64,000 nucleotides of DNA, from IMG/VR virus record IMGVR_UViG_3300028564_000919; one strand, written 5' to 3'. Every line of letters starts with the position of its first letter. Position 1 is the first letter of the stretch. The notes under the pieces were generated by a model, which worked only from the letters and a program-made list of their open reading frames with translations, was not told the DNA's origin and did no database searches. Shown here one piece after another: positions 39,193-49,263 of this stretch. The DNA is from an uncultured virus (IMG/VR IMGVR_UViG_3300028564_000919). Its lineage: Duplodnaviria; Heunggongvirae; Uroviricota; Caudoviricetes. The position numbers and the translations under genes were made by a program.

Positions 39193-39603
39193 ATGAACGT
39201 ATTATTATCAATTTGGGAACAACAGTGGTTTGTTAGCATTATTATTGCTATTGTAACAGCACTAGGTGGTTTAATTATAACAGGTATTACATACTTGACA
39301 CAGTTAATTAAAGACAAAACACCGGAAAGACTACACGCATTATTTGAGGATTTAGGAAATTATGCAGCAATAGCAGTAATGACAGTACAACAAACATATG
39401 TTGATGAATTAAAGAACACAGAAGGAGCTTGGAACGAAGAAAGTCAAAAACAAGCATTAGCAATGGCAGTAGATATTACAAAGTCATATATGTCAGACCA
39501 AGCAAAGAAGTTAGCAAAGAAACATATTGCAGACTTAACACAATATATTGTTAACTTAATTGAAGGAAGAATTGCAAAGAACAAACTAGAAGGGGGTAAA
39601 TAG
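39193..39603 (+). CDS. Holin-like membrane protein
   Basis: N-terminal TM; AVMTVQQTYVDELK...LIEGRI resembles the LL-H holin family. Confidence 0.6.
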   Translation: MNVLLSIWEQQWFVSIIIAIVTALGGLIITGITYLTQLIKDKTPERLHALFEDLGNYAAIAVMTVQQTYVDELKNTEGAWNEESQKQALAMAVDITKSYMSDQAKKLAKKHIADLTQYIVNLIEGRIAKNKLEGGK

Positions 39604-39605
39604 GT

Positions 39606-40034
39606 ATGACATTAATAGAAGGATATGCAGTAATATCTACAAATGAAGAAGGTTTTAAATTTTTCTTAGCATTATTTAATTATGAAGAAGAAGCTAATGA
39701 ATACATTGCTAAATTCCCAGAAGAAAACTTATCAGTAGTATTTACATCTGCTGAATTTGAAGATGAATTATTTGAGGTATTAGAAGATGTTGATTTTGAT
39801 ATTGAACTTGAGGAATTTCTTGAAGAATATGGATTTGAACTGACTCAAATCGATTTTGGATTTGCACTCTTTGAAAATGTTGATGAAGATTTTGACATTA
39901 TTGTAAATTTAAAAGATAAAACTTTCGATAGTTCAATTATGCCGGACTATATAAAACAAGGTATAGAAGAATTAGGTTACACTGCCTATAATGATGAGGA
40001 ACCATTTGGGAAATTGGGGTCAAAGGATGATTAA
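39606..40034 (+). CDS. Hypothetical acidic protein
   Basis: ORF, D/E/F-rich. Confidence 0.55.
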   Translation: MTLIEGYAVISTNEEGFKFFLALFNYEEEANEYIAKFPEENLSVVFTSAEFEDELFEVLEDVDFDIELEEFLEEYGFELTQIDFGFALFENVDEDFDIIVNLKDKTFDSSIMPDYIKQGIEELGYTAYNDEEPFGKLGSKDD

Positions 40035-40134
40035 TGAGGGAAGAGCAAATAATTGATTTAAAGAATTTCCTGATATCAGAAGCACAAACATTAAGATTAT
40101 ACGTTTTAGATGATAAAGCATTTGAGGATTATAT

Positions 40135-40557
40135 ATGAGTAAAGAAAAAGTTATGATAACAAAGAAAGATTTAGATTTATTACTAAGAGCATTAGATTAT
40201 ATATGCATTAATGAATCTCCTAATAGAAGTGGTATAGTATTCTCTGACGAAGCACAAAACACGCTTTTTCAAGTTCTAACCGAGTATTTAGAGGAAGAAG
40301 ACTTCTACAAAGAAGATGATGAGTTATTTGATACCATCTCAGTATATATCCAAAATGAAGTTTCAAGAAGTCTTTCAACAGTGAGCTTAAAAGACGCTTA
40401 TGATTATTTATATGACACTGGAGTTGAGCATTTTGAAGGAGCTGTTAGAGCAGGGTATATTGAAGTAATAGATATTGCAACCTACTACTTGATAGACGAG
40501 ACTATGTGTTTAGCAGAATTAGTCTTTAATATAGCAAACGAGTTTATAGAAGAATAA
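40135..40557 (+). CDS. Hypothetical protein, paralog of 4132..4560
   Basis: Shared C-terminal motif. Confidence 0.6.
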   Translation: MSKEKVMITKKDLDLLLRALDYICINESPNRSGIVFSDEAQNTLFQVLTEYLEEEDFYKEDDELFDTISVYIQNEVSRSLSTVSLKDAYDYLYDTGVEHFEGAVRAGYIEVIDIATYYLIDETMCLAELVFNIANEFIEE

Positions 40558-40623
40558 AGTTTTGAGATACCGGAAGAGTTTATTTAAGTTTACAGTAAAT
40601 AGAAGAAAAGGGGAGATGAGAAT

Positions 40624-41163
40624 ATGGACACAAGTGGGATTATAGGGTTAGTTTCAGCAGTAGTAAGTGCTGCAGTTACTACTTTAGTTGGTATTATAAT
40701 TAGTAGAGTAGTAAATAGAAACCTTGATAAAAGATTTAAGAAACAAGATGAGTTGGAGGAGTACCAACGCAATAAACAAAAAGAAGAGCATAAAGCAGAT
40801 ATAAAAGTGATAGTAAGAGAAGAGCTGATTCCAGTAAGAGCGGATATAAGAGAGGTTAAGGATACACAAGATAAATTAGAGAATCAATTAACAGATATTC
40901 AAAGGGGGACTCTATCTACACTTAAGAATGATATACTTAATAGATATTATGAGTGTGATGCTAAAGGCCATAGGACTGATTATGATTATCAAGCTGTTCA
41001 TGATTCATATGAGTCATATATGAATTTAGGTGGTAATAGTTTTATATCAGACGTAATAGATAGGTTTGATAAATTACCAACTAAGGAAGAATGGGTAAAG
41101 AAACAGAAGACTAAAAGAACAAAAGCAAAGAAGATGGTAGAACCGGTTGAAGTTCAGATATAA
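40624..41163 (+). CDS. Membrane-anchored coiled-coil protein typical of phage lysis regions
   Basis: N-terminal TM, coiled coil, YESYMNLGGNS motif. Confidence 0.6.
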   Translation: MDTSGIIGLVSAVVSAAVTTLVGIIISRVVNRNLDKRFKKQDELEEYQRNKQKEEHKADIKVIVREELIPVRADIREVKDTQDKLENQLTDIQRGTLSTLKNDILNRYYECDAKGHRTDYDYQAVHDSYESYMNLGGNSFISDVIDRFDKLPTKEEWVKKQKTKRTKAKKMVEPVEVQI

Positions 41164-41302
41164 TATTGGTGAGCATTTAAAAAAATATAATTTATATATT
41201 ATAGAAAATGGAATGGTAGAAATGGGTGATAATAATTATCTTCAGGAGATTTATTATCAAGAAAGACCAAGAACAAAGAAATTTAAAAAAAGTAGGGGAA
41301 AA

Positions 41303-42416
41303 TATGAGTAAAGAATTAAAAAAAGTAGAATTAGGGAAAGTAAAAAAAGTAGAATTAGGGAAAGATGATTTTATATTAACACCTGAGGATTTGGGCTATT
41401 TAGAGATTGAAGAATTAGAAGAATATTTAGACACATTAACAGAAGCAGCTTCATCAATAACTTCAGCAGCTTATCCACCTATTATAACAAGGATAATAGA
41501 GTCAGCAAAAGTAGAACCATTTTATATTTTTTCAGTTACAGTAGATAATAAACATGTTGTTGAAGAATTAGATAAAAGATATAAAGAAAATAAACAAGAA
41601 ATATTAAATGCTATTAAAGATTATAATACAAAAGTTTTTGATAATTTAGAATCCTTAGCAAATGATAAATTATATGTTAAAGTAAAGAATGGTAAATACT
41701 TTGATGAAAAAGAGAACATGGAAAAGATTCAAGGGCGTTCTTGGATTATAGGGGAAAGTATATTAGAAGCTGCGGGATTATTAGACACAATATTAACTGG
41801 TTATGGTATATTGCAAGAAGATGTTTTAACTTCTTATAAAAATAAAGATAAAACTCAAGTAGTTGATTATTCAGATATAGTAGACCCATTAAAAGGTGAG
41901 TATAATGAAGTAGAAGATAATATTTATTTTGACTATCGAGATTATGATGCTTGGGTAATAACTCCAGATAACTTTTTAAAGAAAGACACATTATCATCTA
42001 GTGAACAACAAAAACTAAATGATATCTTAGAAGGTTATTTAAAATTACCAGAAGTAGTTAAAGTTATACAACCACAAAAGGAAGTAAAGATGGAGGCAGC
42101 AAAAATATATAATCAAAAGTCAGCTGATGTTACTATAGAAGGTTTAAGATTACTGGTTGATTTATGGGAAACCCCCACACCCACAAGAACAATACAACAT
42201 TGTGAAATTGTAGTATATAATGATTGGAAGTCTGGACAAGGATATCCAACATATAAAGGGAAGAGTGTATATTATAATCGCTCTTGGGAATCATTTGATT
42301 ATGAGCTTGCGTTAATAGATACATTACAAAAGCTTGCAGAGGATTACAAGCAATTAGATAGTTCATTAGCATCTTTAAAGAATTATGCTAGATTAATTTA
42401 TAAAACAATGAGATAA
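41303..42416 (+). CDS. Mosaic hypothetical protein, possible internal head protein (start adjusted to ATG 41303)
   Basis: RBS agggg before ATG 41303; KKVELGK duplicated; LTEA, IIES, ILEA and KMEA between segments. Confidence 0.6.
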
Positions 42417-42440
42417 AGAATTAAAGAAAGGGAAAGTTAG

Positions 42441-42686
42441 ATGGTAAGTAAGATTAAAGAGGCAGTAGGCGTAGTAAAGTCCTATAATAAAGAAAAGGGA
42501 TACGGGTTTATTTCTTGTGATGATAATTTAGATGAAGACATTTATGTTCATTTTTCCGAGGTATTATCAGAGGAAAAGTCACTAATTCCCGGTGAAGAAG
42601 TAGAATTCAAATATAAAACTTATACTGATGAGGCTAAAGGGATAAAAGAAAAGCTAAGGGCCTACCAAGTTAGAAAGAAAGAATAA
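42441..42686 (+). CDS. Cold-shock domain protein
   Basis: GVVKSYNKEKGYGFI (RNP1), DIYVHFS (RNP2), GEEVEF. Confidence 0.9.
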   Translation: MVSKIKEAVGVVKSYNKEKGYGFISCDDNLDEDIYVHFSEVLSEEKSLIPGEEVEFKYKTYTDEAKGIKEKLRAYQVRKKE

Positions 42687-42706
42687 GGAGGGACTTATAA
42701 AGGAAG

Positions 42707-44362
42707 ATGAAAAAGAAAGTCTTATTAGAGAATAAAACAAATGCTAATTTATTAGAGAGTTATATGCCAATAGCAAATAACAGCTCAGTAATTGGTTCGT
42801 TTAAAGTAAAAGGAATGATAGTTGAAGATACAATCTCCAAGAATAGAACTAAGTACCCTAAAGGTGCTTGGTTATCTGAAGGAGCTTTAGCAAAAGGGGG
42901 AAGGTTTATAGATAGAACAGGTAAATTAATTCCATCTAAGTTAATGGGTTCATTAGACCACCCGGATGATGGTCATGTAGAGATGAAGTTAAAAGAAGCT
43001 TGTGTAATATGGAATGATATTCAAAGAAACCCAGGTGGAACATGGGACGGAGAAGCTCATATCTTAAACAACGAGCATGGGAAAGCATTAAAGACAATTT
43101 TGGATTACGTTAAAGAATTTGGTGGTGGTGATATGATTGGAGTATCATCAAGGTCAGTAGGAAACGTAGAACAAAAAACGGATGAATATGGGAATTATTA
43201 TGAATCAGTAATTCCAGGAACATTAGAGCTGAAGTCTTTTGACGTAGTATACGAGCCATCATTTGGAGGAGCACAAATTCTTCAAGAGTCTACTAAAGCT
43301 TTAGGAAAGCAAAAAGTATTATTTGAGAGTATTAGAGCATTAGGAGAAGAAGATGAAGAGCATAAAGAATATTATGATAATCTTGCGAAAGATTTAGAAA
43401 ATAAATTTAGTAAGGAAGGGGAGAATATGAAAACAACAACTGATTTTATTAAAACTTGTCCTTTGTGTGGTAAGGAGTACAAAGGCTATCCAGCGATTTC
43501 AAGAGTAGATAACCAAACACCGATATGCCCTACTTGCGGAACCAGACAGGCTCTTGAGGGACTTGGTTTGAAACCTGACGAAATTGAAAAGATAATACTC
43601 GAAATTACAAAAGAATTTATTGTAGAAAATATTAATCAAGCTTTGCAATTTAATGGTTATGAATTAGACAAACAGGAATTAATATTATTAGATAAGGTGG
43701 TTGAAAAGCATTATGATGATATTGCTTGCTGGGGATATAAAGACTATCACTATTTCGCTAAATCAGTATCCTGGAAAAATTTTATATGTGCACTTGAACA
43801 ATTTGACCTTATTGACCGAAACGATTTAGATTTTCTATCAGAGGTAATAACTAATTTAGAAGAAGCTTCTAAGATTGAGGAATTGACATCTATGTTAGAA
43901 GAGACAGCAAAAGAAGATTTGCCTGAAGGGGAAGAAGTATTAGAAGATATTACTGAAGAAGAGGCAGATAAAGCTAAGAAAGAAGACAAAGAAGATTCTA
44001 AGGAAGATGAAAAGACTGAAGAAAACGAAGAAACAGAAGAAGATGAGGATATTGAAGACAAGCCAAAGACAGTAGAAGAAAAGTTAGATGAAGTAATAGA
44101 TATATTATTTATGCAAGGTGAGGAAATAACATCAATTAAAGGATTAGTAGAAGACTTAACAATGAACTATGATTTTAATGATGTTGATGAGATTGAAGTT
44201 GAAGAAGAGTTAGAAGATATTGATAATTTAGAAGACCAACCAGAAGATGAAGATTTTGAAGAAACAGAAGAAGCAGACAGTTTAGAGAGTATTTCTAGAG
44301 AAGAGCTTGAGTTATTATCTGATGAAGAATTGGAAGAAATTTTAGAATCCTTAGGGGAGTAA
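42707..44362 (+). CDS. Prohead protease (gp21-like) fused to a zinc-finger insert and an acidic scaffold-like tail
   Basis: NRTKYP, GSLDHP, GVSSRSVG, FDVVYEPS; CPLCG...CPTCG insert; E/D-rich C-terminus. Confidence 0.88.
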   Translation: MKKKVLLENKTNANLLESYMPIANNSSVIGSFKVKGMIVEDTISKNRTKYPKGAWLSEGALAKGGRFIDRTGKLIPSKLMGSLDHPDDGHVEMKLKEACVIWNDIQRNPGGTWDGEAHILNNEHGKALKTILDYVKEFGGGDMIGVSSRSVGNVEQKTDEYGNYYESVIPGTLELKSFDVVYEPSFGGAQILQESTKALGKQKVLFESIRALGEEDEEHKEYYDNLAKDLENKFSKEGENMKTTTDFIKTCPLCGKEYKGYPAISRVDNQTPICPTCGTRQALEGLGLKPDEIEKIILEITKEFIVENINQALQFNGYELDKQELILLDKVVEKHYDDIACWGYKDYHYFAKSVSWKNFICALEQFDLIDRNDLDFLSEVITNLEEASKIEELTSMLEETAKEDLPEGEEVLEDITEEEADKAKKEDKEDSKEDEKTEENEETEEDEDIEDKPKTVEEKLDEVIDILFMQGEEITSIKGLVEDLTMNYDFNDVDEIEVEEELEDIDNLEDQPEDEDFEETEEADSLESISREELELLSDEELEEILESLGE

Positions 44363-44366
44363 TAAA

Positions 44367-45971
44367 ATGGTGAAGAAGGTGGGAAATAAGATGGCGAAGA
44401 AATTAGTTTTATATTCAAATGATGATATAATTGAAATTTACGGTGGTCCTAAAGGGTTTCTTGAAGCCTGGGGTGAGCATGGGGAGTTAGAAGGTTTAAC
44501 AGAAGAAGAGATTCAAGAAATTGCTGAAGAGTATCTTGAAGCAAACTATGAAGTAATTGAAGATATTTTATGGTATGATTGTGAAAGAGAATTAAAAGCA
44601 AAGAATGGTCGTGTTGTAGTTGGTGGGTATCAACACCATCACTATGCTGGCTATTTACCTCATTATGTAAATACAGATTTTTATATTTTAGAGGATAATG
44701 CTTTAAAAGCTGTTTATGATGAAAATGCAGATTTTGTAACTATTTATCAAGAAGGGGAAGCATTAAAAGTTGAAATAATTACGCATGATTATACACATAT
44801 AAAAGAGATTAAATTATTAACAGACGAAGGAATTAAATTTATTAGGGATTTAAGTGAAGAATATCTATATCCAGGTTTTGAGGATTTAGAAATGTTGTTT
44901 AATAACTCTGAATATTCAAAAGATTTTTTTGATGAAGGTAGAGCTTTTCTTGCTGAAGCTAAAGAATTAGAAGATGAAGATGAGGATTTACTAGTAGAAG
45001 AGCTGAAACGAGAATTAAAAGAAATGTGTGAAAAAACAGACACTAGCATTTCTGGTATGGAGTATCTTATCAAGTATTACATGGAATCACTACATTGGAC
45101 AGAAATTGAATCCATTACCTATGCAATAGGTTTATTCAAGAATGGAACAATACAACAAATTAAATCATTAAATTCAAATGATTTTCTTGCTGAAGCTAAA
45201 GAATTAGAAGATGAGGATGAGGATTTACTAGAAGAAGATGAAGAAGAAGGCGATGATGAAACAATCTATGATGACATCTCTGATGAAATGGATGAAGACG
45301 AAGAAGAAGATGACGAAGATTATGACGAATATGAAGATTTAGATGATGAAGATTATGATGAAGACGAAGATGAGGATGAAGACGAAGAAGAAGAGTTAGT
45401 AGAAGTTCCAGAAGACCAATGGGGAGAAGATTATGAAATAGACTATGAATCTTTCATTGATGTTAATGAGCAACAAGAAACATTATCATTTATAGAAACT
45501 GGTTATCTTTTGGATTTAAAAGACCCAGAAAATTTTAGTAATTTAAAAATAATTCCAGATGAGATGAAACGTTTTGATAGGCTTCATGCATATGGAACTA
45601 GAGACCAATGGTCATATAATGATACTGAAGAAGCTATAGCTGATGCTAAACAAATTGTTAATGAATTAGAGCCTTATGAATATATTGTAGTCTCAGTATT
45701 CCCAAGTTCTAAATTAAGGAAAGATACGAGTAGAAGATATATTGCACCAAAAGCATTTGAAGTAGATGGTATAAAATTTAAATACCCATATATGGCAGAT
45801 TATTCAAATAAGGATAAAGTAACATTTTATGATATTGGGGATATTCCTAGAAGACAGAAGAGAGTTCAATATATAATTTATTCTTGTATGAATGATGGTC
45901 AAGGAAATATAATAGAGAACTTTATTTATAAGCAAAGACAGTATAAATCAAGACAATTGAGAAATCAGTAA
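44367..45971 (+). CDS. Highly acidic mosaic protein, candidate prohead core or internal protein
   Basis: Lies between protease and capsid; long D/E tract; FLAEAKELEDEDEDLL occurs twice. Confidence 0.6.
   Translation: MVKKVGNKMAKKLVLYSNDDIIEIYGGPKGFLEAWGEHGELEGLTEEEIQEIAEEYLEANYEVIEDILWYDCERELKAKNGRVVVGGYQHHHYAGYLPHYVNTDFYILEDNALKAVYDENADFVTIYQEGEALKVEIITHDYTHIKEIKLLTDEGIKFIRDLSEEYLYPGFEDLEMLFNNSEYSKDFFDEGRAFLAEAKELEDEDEDLLVEELKRELKEMCEKTDTSISGMEYLIKYYMESLHWTEIESITYAIGLFKNGTIQQIKSLNSNDFLAEAKELEDEDEDLLEEDEEEGDDETIYDDISDEMDEDEEEDDEDYDEYEDLDDEDYDEDEDEDEDEEEELVEVPEDQWGEDYEIDYESFIDVNEQQETLSFIETGYLLDLKDPENFSNLKIIPDEMKRFDRLHAYGTRDQWSYNDTEEAIADAKQIVNELEPYEYIVVSVFPSSKLRKDTSRRYIAPKAFEVDGIKFKYPYMADYSNKDKVTFYDIGDIPRRQKRVQYIIYSCMNDGQGNIIENFIYKQRQYKSRQLRNQ
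44945..45238 (+). repeat. 57-bp direct repeat (44945-45001 and 45182-45238) around a 180-bp in-frame insert
   Basis: 2 mismatches, offset 237 bp. Confidence 0.9.
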
Positions 45972-46115
45972 ACAATTTAATACATAATAAACCACTTATG
46001 TATTAGTAAGAAGTTATATATAATAAACAAAAGAGTTAATAGTTAAGTTATCTCGTTATAGTAGAGTTATAGTAGGGGGAGAAAAGAAAATTAAAAGAGG
46101 AGATGATTTAATAAT

Positions 46116-47759
46116 ATGACAAAAGAAAGAATTCGTGAAATTATCGCTGAACGTAAAGCTCAAAAAGCTAAGGAAGAAAGACTTCAAGCATTAAGAGAAG
46201 CAAGAGAAGCGAGGAATGTAAGAAACGATAAGCTTCAAGCATTAAGAGAAGCAAGACAAAATCAAGCTGTTAGACAACCTATTCAAAGAACAGCAAAAGT
46301 TCTTAATGAAAGAACATATGTTAAGAAACAAAAGACATTAGCAGAAGCAGTAGATGAAAAGATTAAGATGCTTGCTAATGGTGACGAACACGTTGAAAGA
46401 ACTTATAGAGTATTAGCAGACAATATCGTAGGTTCATCACAATTAGGATTAGGGGAATCAGTATTAGAAGCTGATAAGAGATTAACAGAAGCAACACAAG
46501 CTAGTTCAGATGTATATGGAATGGGAACAAGATTAGGACTTGGAATCAATCAAATTAAAACATATTTTGATTTATTCTTTGGATATTTCCCAGACTTAAT
46601 CACACCTAGATTAGCATCAGTTCAACCATTAAAAACACAAAATGGTGTAGTTCATATGTTCTCAGTAGTAGCGGGGAATAATGCAGTAGGAGTAGCAAAA
46701 GGAACAACACTAATTAGCCCATTTGAAATCAATATTAATAAAGACTATGTAACAAACGTAGCAAAATTACCAAAAGGTACACTTTCAAAAACAACTGCAA
46801 ACGACGACACTTATACAACAACAATGGTTCCATGGCAACCAGCTATACCAAGAAGTTTATATATTAAGGGAGTAGACTTAACTTGGTCAAGTGATACAGC
46901 AGCAACAGGTAAACTTGGTCAAGTTAACATTGCAGTAGCAGTTACAGTAAGTACCTCTGAATATAAAGTAGTAGTAACAGGTAATGCTGCAGTTCCAGCT
47001 GAAATTGAAATGGCATACTACTATGATAATGTATTTGCACCAACAATGGTTCCAGAAATTGAAGGAGAATTAGTACCTTATGATGTTAAAGCAACTAATA
47101 AAGAAGTTAAGACTAATTACTCATTCACAGCTGGGTATGGATTCGAACAAACATTTGGATTCTCATTTGAAGAAAAGATTAGTGAAGCAGCAACATATAT
47201 CTTAAAGAAAACAGTAGACTTAGAAGTAGTAGGAAAGATTATGGCAGCCGCTCCAAAGACTATTACATGGAACGCTTCACCAGCTAATACTGGGGGATTA
47301 TACCCAGTTCACAAGATGTCATTAACAGATGCTTTTATTAAAGCAGCTAATGAAATCTTTGACAAATCAAAGAGAAAACGTGGTAATAAAGTAATCGTAG
47401 GAACAAACGTATTATCAATTGTTCAAAGCTTAGATGAATTTAAAGAAAATAGTAAAGCATTAGAAGCAGAAGGTGGATATTATGTAGGTGACTTAAAAGG
47501 AATGGAAATCATTGCAGTTCCAGAATTAGGTGCAGATGATTTCGCAGTTATTTACAAATCTAAGAAGGATGATTTTGATGCAGGTATCGTATTTGCACCA
47601 TTTATTCCAGTAGTATCAACACCATCAGCAACACTAAGTGACTTCCTAGTTCACAAAGCATTCATGACTTCTTATGATGTAAAAGTTATTAACCCTAACT
47701 ACTTCGTAAGAGGAAAAATGATTAACGATAGTTCAAAACCAATTTTCGCTTGGTCATAA
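46116..47759 (+). CDS. Major capsid protein (gp23-like)
   Basis: LxE-rich propeptide, SVQPL, GIVFAPFIP, INPNYFVRG; high-expression codon usage. Confidence 0.9.
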   Translation: MTKERIREIIAERKAQKAKEERLQALREAREARNVRNDKLQALREARQNQAVRQPIQRTAKVLNERTYVKKQKTLAEAVDEKIKMLANGDEHVERTYRVLADNIVGSSQLGLGESVLEADKRLTEATQASSDVYGMGTRLGLGINQIKTYFDLFFGYFPDLITPRLASVQPLKTQNGVVHMFSVVAGNNAVGVAKGTTLISPFEININKDYVTNVAKLPKGTLSKTTANDDTYTTTMVPWQPAIPRSLYIKGVDLTWSSDTAATGKLGQVNIAVAVTVSTSEYKVVVTGNAAVPAEIEMAYYYDNVFAPTMVPEIEGELVPYDVKATNKEVKTNYSFTAGYGFEQTFGFSFEEKISEAATYILKKTVDLEVVGKIMAAAPKTITWNASPANTGGLYPVHKMSLTDAFIKAANEIFDKSKRKRGNKVIVGTNVLSIVQSLDEFKENSKALEAEGGYYVGDLKGMEIIAVPELGADDFAVIYKSKKDDFDAGIVFAPFIPVVSTPSATLSDFLVHKAFMTSYDVKVINPNYFVRGKMINDSSKPIFAWS

Positions 47760-47829
47760 GGATAGTTTAAATAAAATTTTGTATATTTAAGAAAGTCTTA
47801 GCTAAGGTTTAAATATATAAAGTAGAAAA

Positions 47830-47858
47830 TTGAGAAGGGGTATAAAACCTCTTCTCAA
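47830..47858 (+). terminator. Hairpin after the capsid gene (no T tract)
   Basis: ttgagaagggg pairs with cctcttctcaa. Confidence 0.55.
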
Positions 47859-47876
47859 GAATCTACAAATTTTAAT

Positions 47877-48794
47877 TTGAAAATAAATACTTTATATGAT
47901 AGACTTAAGGAGGAAGAAAATATGCCAAATGAAATAGATATAGCGTTTAAGAATAAACTACAAAACTATTTTCCAAGAGCTATTTGGACACCAACAGAAT
48001 TGGCATATAATACAGCATATAACTTAGTAGATAATCCGACGTTAGTAATGGAATTTCCTTTTATTTCTGTTTATAGGCCAGACCCTCTTAAACCTAATGA
48101 AACACAAACATTTTCAGCTAGGAGGATAGGTTATCCTTATGCAAGTTCTTTGGAGATAGATAGTTCTACAGAGGATAAATTAGGTGTAAGGAAAGTTAAT
48201 CATTATGCAAGATATATTGTAGCAGATTTAATTTATCAGATAGAGGTATATGCAAGAACACAAGAGGAAGTAGATACAATAATAAAAGAGTTGATGTTTG
48301 CTTTTAGTTTAGACCCAGTTCTTTATGTAGAACATTATGATTCAAGATTAAAAACAACTTTAAATCAAAGATATGAGATAGAGTATCATAATGGGCCAGT
48401 AGACCAAAGTGAATTTCAAGATAATGATAGGATATATCATCAAGCAATCGCTTATATAATTAAGAGTGCTAAATTATTTAATTATAAACCGATTTCTTCA
48501 ATAAGTGAAGTCTTATTAGATTTAAGAGATAGCGAAAAGAATCCTGAATATTTAGTGGGTATTAAAGGTAATATTTATATAAAGAAACAGGAATTGACTG
48601 AAGGAGAATATTTAAATATAGCTGAACCAGGAGAAAATAAGGTTTATATAATAACTGATAAAAGTTATGTATACTTAAATAATAAGAAGTATGAAATAAC
48701 AAAAGATAATCTTGTAATAATAGACAGAAGTAGTTTTAATAGTTTATCAGAAATAGAGGAAGATGTAATATATTTTTTAAGAAAAAATAATTAA
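47877..48794 (+). CDS. Putative tail completion/terminator protein (gp15-like)
   Basis: FPFISVYR, LIYQIEVYARTQEEVDTI; lies between capsid and sheath. Confidence 0.55.
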   Translation: MKINTLYDRLKEEENMPNEIDIAFKNKLQNYFPRAIWTPTELAYNTAYNLVDNPTLVMEFPFISVYRPDPLKPNETQTFSARRIGYPYASSLEIDSSTEDKLGVRKVNHYARYIVADLIYQIEVYARTQEEVDTIIKELMFAFSLDPVLYVEHYDSRLKTTLNQRYEIEYHNGPVDQSEFQDNDRIYHQAIAYIIKSAKLFNYKPISSISEVLLDLRDSEKNPEYLVGIKGNIYIKKQELTEGEYLNIAEPGENKVYIITDKSYVYLNNKKYEITKDNLVIIDRSSFNSLSEIEEDVIYFLRKNN

Positions 48795-48814
48795 AAGGAG
48801 TGGATTTTGAATAG

Positions 48815-49249
48815 ATGAAAATTAAAGTTTTTAATGTCTCAAAGTATAATTTAGGAAAGCGAATTTTAAAATTAAGAAACGCTCCGGAGTATATAATGGA
48901 GGCACATCGTATAGGATTAACAAATGTAATTAACTCTTATTATCAATTAAAGAAGGGTAAGGTTCTAAATGAATCTTATATAATAGATGATAAGGATTTG
49001 GTTGAGATGCATGATTTATTTGTTAGTAGATTAAACGATGAAAATAAGGAAGAGAAAGAGTTAAAAAATATTTTGGAGGAAGCAAAGAAGAAGAACGATT
49101 TAGATTTTATGAAGTCATTTTATCAATATACAAATATGGATATTATAACTGGTAATAGGATTCCGAAGGGTGCTTCAAGATTTATTCTTCAAGATGTCAT
49201 TTATGATTCAAGTAAAGACATGAAAAAATATTTTAGGAAATTGAAATAG
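48815..49249 (+). CDS. Hypothetical protein
   Basis: ORF in the structural operon. Confidence 0.55.
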   Translation: MKIKVFNVSKYNLGKRILKLRNAPEYIMEAHRIGLTNVINSYYQLKKGKVLNESYIIDDKDLVEMHDLFVSRLNDENKEEKELKNILEEAKKKNDLDFMKSFYQYTNMDIITGNRIPKGASRFILQDVIYDSSKDMKKYFRKLK

Positions 49250-49263
49250 GGGGATAAAATAGT

